Assembly (NCBI RefSeq): GCF_009914755.1
Contig: NC_060932.1
Reading direction: 5' to 3' (one strand)
From: the human T2T-CHM13v2.0 reference genome, Homo sapiens
DNA length: 64,000 nucleotides
Part shown: positions 61,293 to 64,000 of the stretch, piece by piece
How positions within the stretch are numbered: position 1 is the stretch's first letter
How the letters are laid out: every line of letters begins with the position of its first letter
The notes under the pieces: generated by a model
Database searches by the model: none
Seen by the model: the letters and a program-made list of their open reading frames with translations, nothing else
Told to the model about the DNA's origin: nothing
Made by a program: the position numbers and the translations under genes

Positions 61293-61522
61293 AGCCTGGG
61301 CAACTAAAAGAGACCTCGCCTCGACAAAAAATTAAAAGTGAAAACTTAGCATGTAGTAATGGCATGTGCCTGTAGTCTCGGCGAGTCAGGAGGCTGAAGT
61401 GGGAGGAACGCTTGAGCCTAGGAGTTCAAGGTGGCCGTCAGCTATGATTGAGCCACCACACTCCAGCCTGGGCAACAGAGAGAGACTCTGTCTTGAAAAA
61501 AAAAAAAAAAAAAAAGAAAAAA
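61293..61522 (+). mobile_element. 5'-truncated AluJ
   Basis: Sense orientation; TSD aaaaattct. Confidence 0.85.
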
Positions 61523-61684
61523 ATTCTGGTTGCATCACGTGTTCATCAGTACTTGGTATTGTCAGTCATTTTAATTGCAGGCATTCTAGTGGTTATGTTG
61601 TGTATCTTCGTAAGGTTTCTGTTTGTGTTTCTGATAGCTAATGATGAGCATCTTTGCTCATTGTGCCATTTCTGTGGTTACTGG

Positions 61685-61685
<1 letters not shown>

Positions 61686-61723
<38 letters not shown>
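61686..61723 (+). repeat. (TG)n microsatellite, ~18-19 units
   Basis: Seen directly. Confidence 0.95.
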
Positions 61724-61725
<2 letters not shown>

Positions 61726-62055
61726 GTATCTTGTTCTAATTTTTGCCCATTTTTAATAGGGTTGCTTGTCGTCTTATCATTGAGCTGTATGAGTTTTTAA
61801 ATATATTCTAGAAACAAGTCCTTTGCCAGATGTGTGTATTACAAACATGTTCTCCCAGTGGGTGGCTTGCTTTTTCATTTTCTTCAAGTGTCTTTTGAAG
61901 AGCAAGAGTTCAACATTTCAATTTGTCGAAGTCTTCTGGTTAGTACTTTTTTTTTTCTTTCTTTCTGTCCCTCTCAAGGTTAAGAAGACCTTCACCTAGA
62001 AGTTTGTGATTTTGGCTTTTGCATTTAGGTCTAGGATCTATTTCAAGTTACTTTG

Positions 62056-62060
<5 letters not shown>

Positions 62061-62094
<34 letters not shown>
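62061..62094 (+). repeat. (TG)17 microsatellite
   Basis: Seen directly. Confidence 0.95.
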
Positions 62095-62098
<4 letters not shown>

Positions 62099-62233
62099 CA
62101 TGTGCGCCTTGAAGTAAGGATTGAGGTTTATTTTCTTTTCCATACAGATATCCAGTTGTTTTAGCACCATTTGCTGAAAAAAGCTATTCTTTCTCCTTTA
62201 AATTGCCTGGGCTCTTGTCAAAAATCAATTGAC

Positions 62234-62528
62234 GGCTGGGGGCGGTAGCTCACACCTGTAATCCCAGCACTTTGGGAGGCTGAGGCAGGCAGACGGATCA
62301 CGTGAGGTCAAGAGTTTGAGACTAGCATGGCTAACATGGTGAAACCCGTCTCTACTAAAAATATAAAAGTTAGATGGGTGTGGTGGCGCATGCCTGTAAT
62401 CCCAGCTACTCAGGAGGCTGAGGCACAAGAATCGCTTGAACCTGGGAGGCGGAGGTTGCAGTGAGCTGAGATTGCACCACTCCAGCCTGGGCGACCGAGT
62501 GAGACTGTCTCAAAAAAAAAAAAAAAAA
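62234..62528 (+). mobile_element. AluS
   Basis: Sense dimer; TSD aattgac. Confidence 0.92.
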
Positions 62529-62660
62529 TTGACCATTTATGTGTTTGTCTATTTCTGAACTCTATTCTGTTCTATTGATCTATATGTCTGTTCACATTAC
62601 CCTGATTCTTGTAGCTTTGTGGTACGTTTTGAAATCAGGTGATTGTGGAGATGTATTTTT

Positions 62661-62726
62661 CCCATCCAAGTACTAACGAGGCCCGACCCTGCTTAGCTTT
62701 CCAGATCAGGTAGTATGGCTGTAGAC
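62661..62726 (-). pseudogene. Truncated 5S rRNA retropseudogene
   Basis: The reverse complement GTCTACAGCCATACTAC-CTGATCTGGAAAGCTAAGCAGGGTCGGGCCTCGTTAGTACTTGGATGGG corresponds to 5S nt ~1-17 plus ~39-87. TSD AGATGTATTTTT / AGGTGTATTTTT. Confidence 0.92.
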
Positions 62727-62835
62727 AAGAAGGTGTATTTTTAAGTTGGATTTATTCGATCAAACTTTTATCAAATGCATTATTCTACTCATATTGGAAA
62801 AATGAAGTAAGAGTATCATTTTTCAAAGATGGCAT

Positions 62836-63202
62836 TGCTTGGGACTGATTTGTGACTCCCAAATTATATGTTGAAGCCCCAACCCCCAATGTATATTGGA
62901 GATAGAGTCTATAAGGAGGTTTTAAGGTTAAATGAGATCATGAGGGTGGTTGCTGATTCAGTGGGGTTAGTGTCCTTATTGGAAGAGACCCCCGAGAGCC
63001 CACTGTGTCTCTCTCTGCCATGTGAGGACATAACAAGAAGGCAGCATTCTACAAGCTAGGGAGAGGCCCTCACCAGACACCAACCATGCAGGCACCCTGA
63101 TCTTGGACCTCCCAGCCTCTGGACTGTGAGAAACTACATTTCTGTAGTTTAAACTACCCAATCCGTAGTATTTTGGTATAGCAACCTGAGCAGGCTAAGA
63201 CA
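62836..63202 (+). mobile_element. MLT1A-like MaLR solo LTR
   Basis: cccaaattatatgttgaagcc...gccatgtgaggac...gcaccctgatcttggacctcccagcctc...ctaagaCA. Confidence 0.85.
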
Positions 63203-63248
63203 AAGAGCAAGCTGACTTTAAAGGAAGGGAAAGTATACTGAGAATATT

Positions 63249-63535
63249 GGCTGGGCACGGTGGCTCATGCCTGTAATCCCAGCACTTTGGGAGGCCGAGG
63301 TGGGCGGATCACCTGAGGTCAGGAGTTTGAGACCAGCCTGCCAACATGGCAAAACTCCGCCTCTACTAAAAATACAAAAATTAGCCGGGCATGGTGGTGC
63401 TGTAATCCCAGCTACTCGGGAGGCTGAGGCATGTGAATTACTTGAAACCGGGTGGCGGAGGTTGCACTGAGCCAAGATCACACCACTGCACTGCAGCCTA
63501 GAAGAAAGAGCAAGAATCCATCTCAAAAAGAAATA
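63249..63535 (+). mobile_element. AluS inside a MIR
   Basis: Sense dimer followed by MIR-like gtgaccttggg...ctgtaaaat. Confidence 0.92.
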
Positions 63536-64000
63536 TATAGGATAGGATTCCTTGCTTTAGGGCCAACTTTGGTGACCTTGGGTACATGTTTCCTTTCCTG
63601 TAAAATTAGAAAATTGGTCCAGAGAACTCTAGAATAGCCCCCACTAATGTCCTATTTAAATTTAATAACCTGTAATTTTAGATGGATTATGAGTGATTTT
63701 CTCTTTTACTTGTATTCTCTGCCCTGATTCAGGTTTTAAAATAGCTGAACAAAAACAATACTGAAAGCCAAATCGTTTGATGAAAACGGTGGCTGACACT
63801 TAATAATAACTTAGTCTTCTTTTAGTTAAAATGCTTCAGGAAAATCCTGATATAGATAGAACCAGACTCTAGTTTATTTTAGGAGTTTTTACAGTCATTT
63901 CTTCCTTGAGCCTTTTGCTTGGTGTTTCCTGACACAGAACTCGAAGCCATGCTTTCTCCTTAGTTAATGGCTCCCCACGCCAGAGGTGTGGGGCCACCTC

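Overview
Primate, almost certainly human, genomic DNA: it contains a human-specific AluYb8. The window covers the 5' part of MFHAS1 (MASL1), a ROCO-family LRR-ROC-COR protein gene on the + strand. A CpG-island promoter and GC-rich leader with several uORFs precede one very large coding exon (ATG 1072 to splice donor 4069|4070; 2998 coding nt, 999 codons plus 1 nt). The remaining ~60 kb is intron 1, and I found no convincing downstream exon. The intron holds about 46 Alus (about 2:1 antisense), old L1/L2/MIR fragments, DNA transposons (Tigger2a, MER8, Tigger3, MER53, MER5, MER58A, MADE2, Charlie), LTRs (LOR1, MSTA, MLT1A-like), microsatellites and a truncated 5S rRNA retropseudogene. I found no new gene or multi-gene system. 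The least explained signals are: three short local templated duplications, two of them patched into Alus; a young AluYb8 whose only substitutions are three CpG C>G transversions; a uORF and start-stop array; a read-through ORF at the exon 1 donor; and candidate STAT and RUNX/PU.1/GATA enhancer clusters. Repeat subfamily names come from remembered consensus sequences, and their boundaries are approximate.
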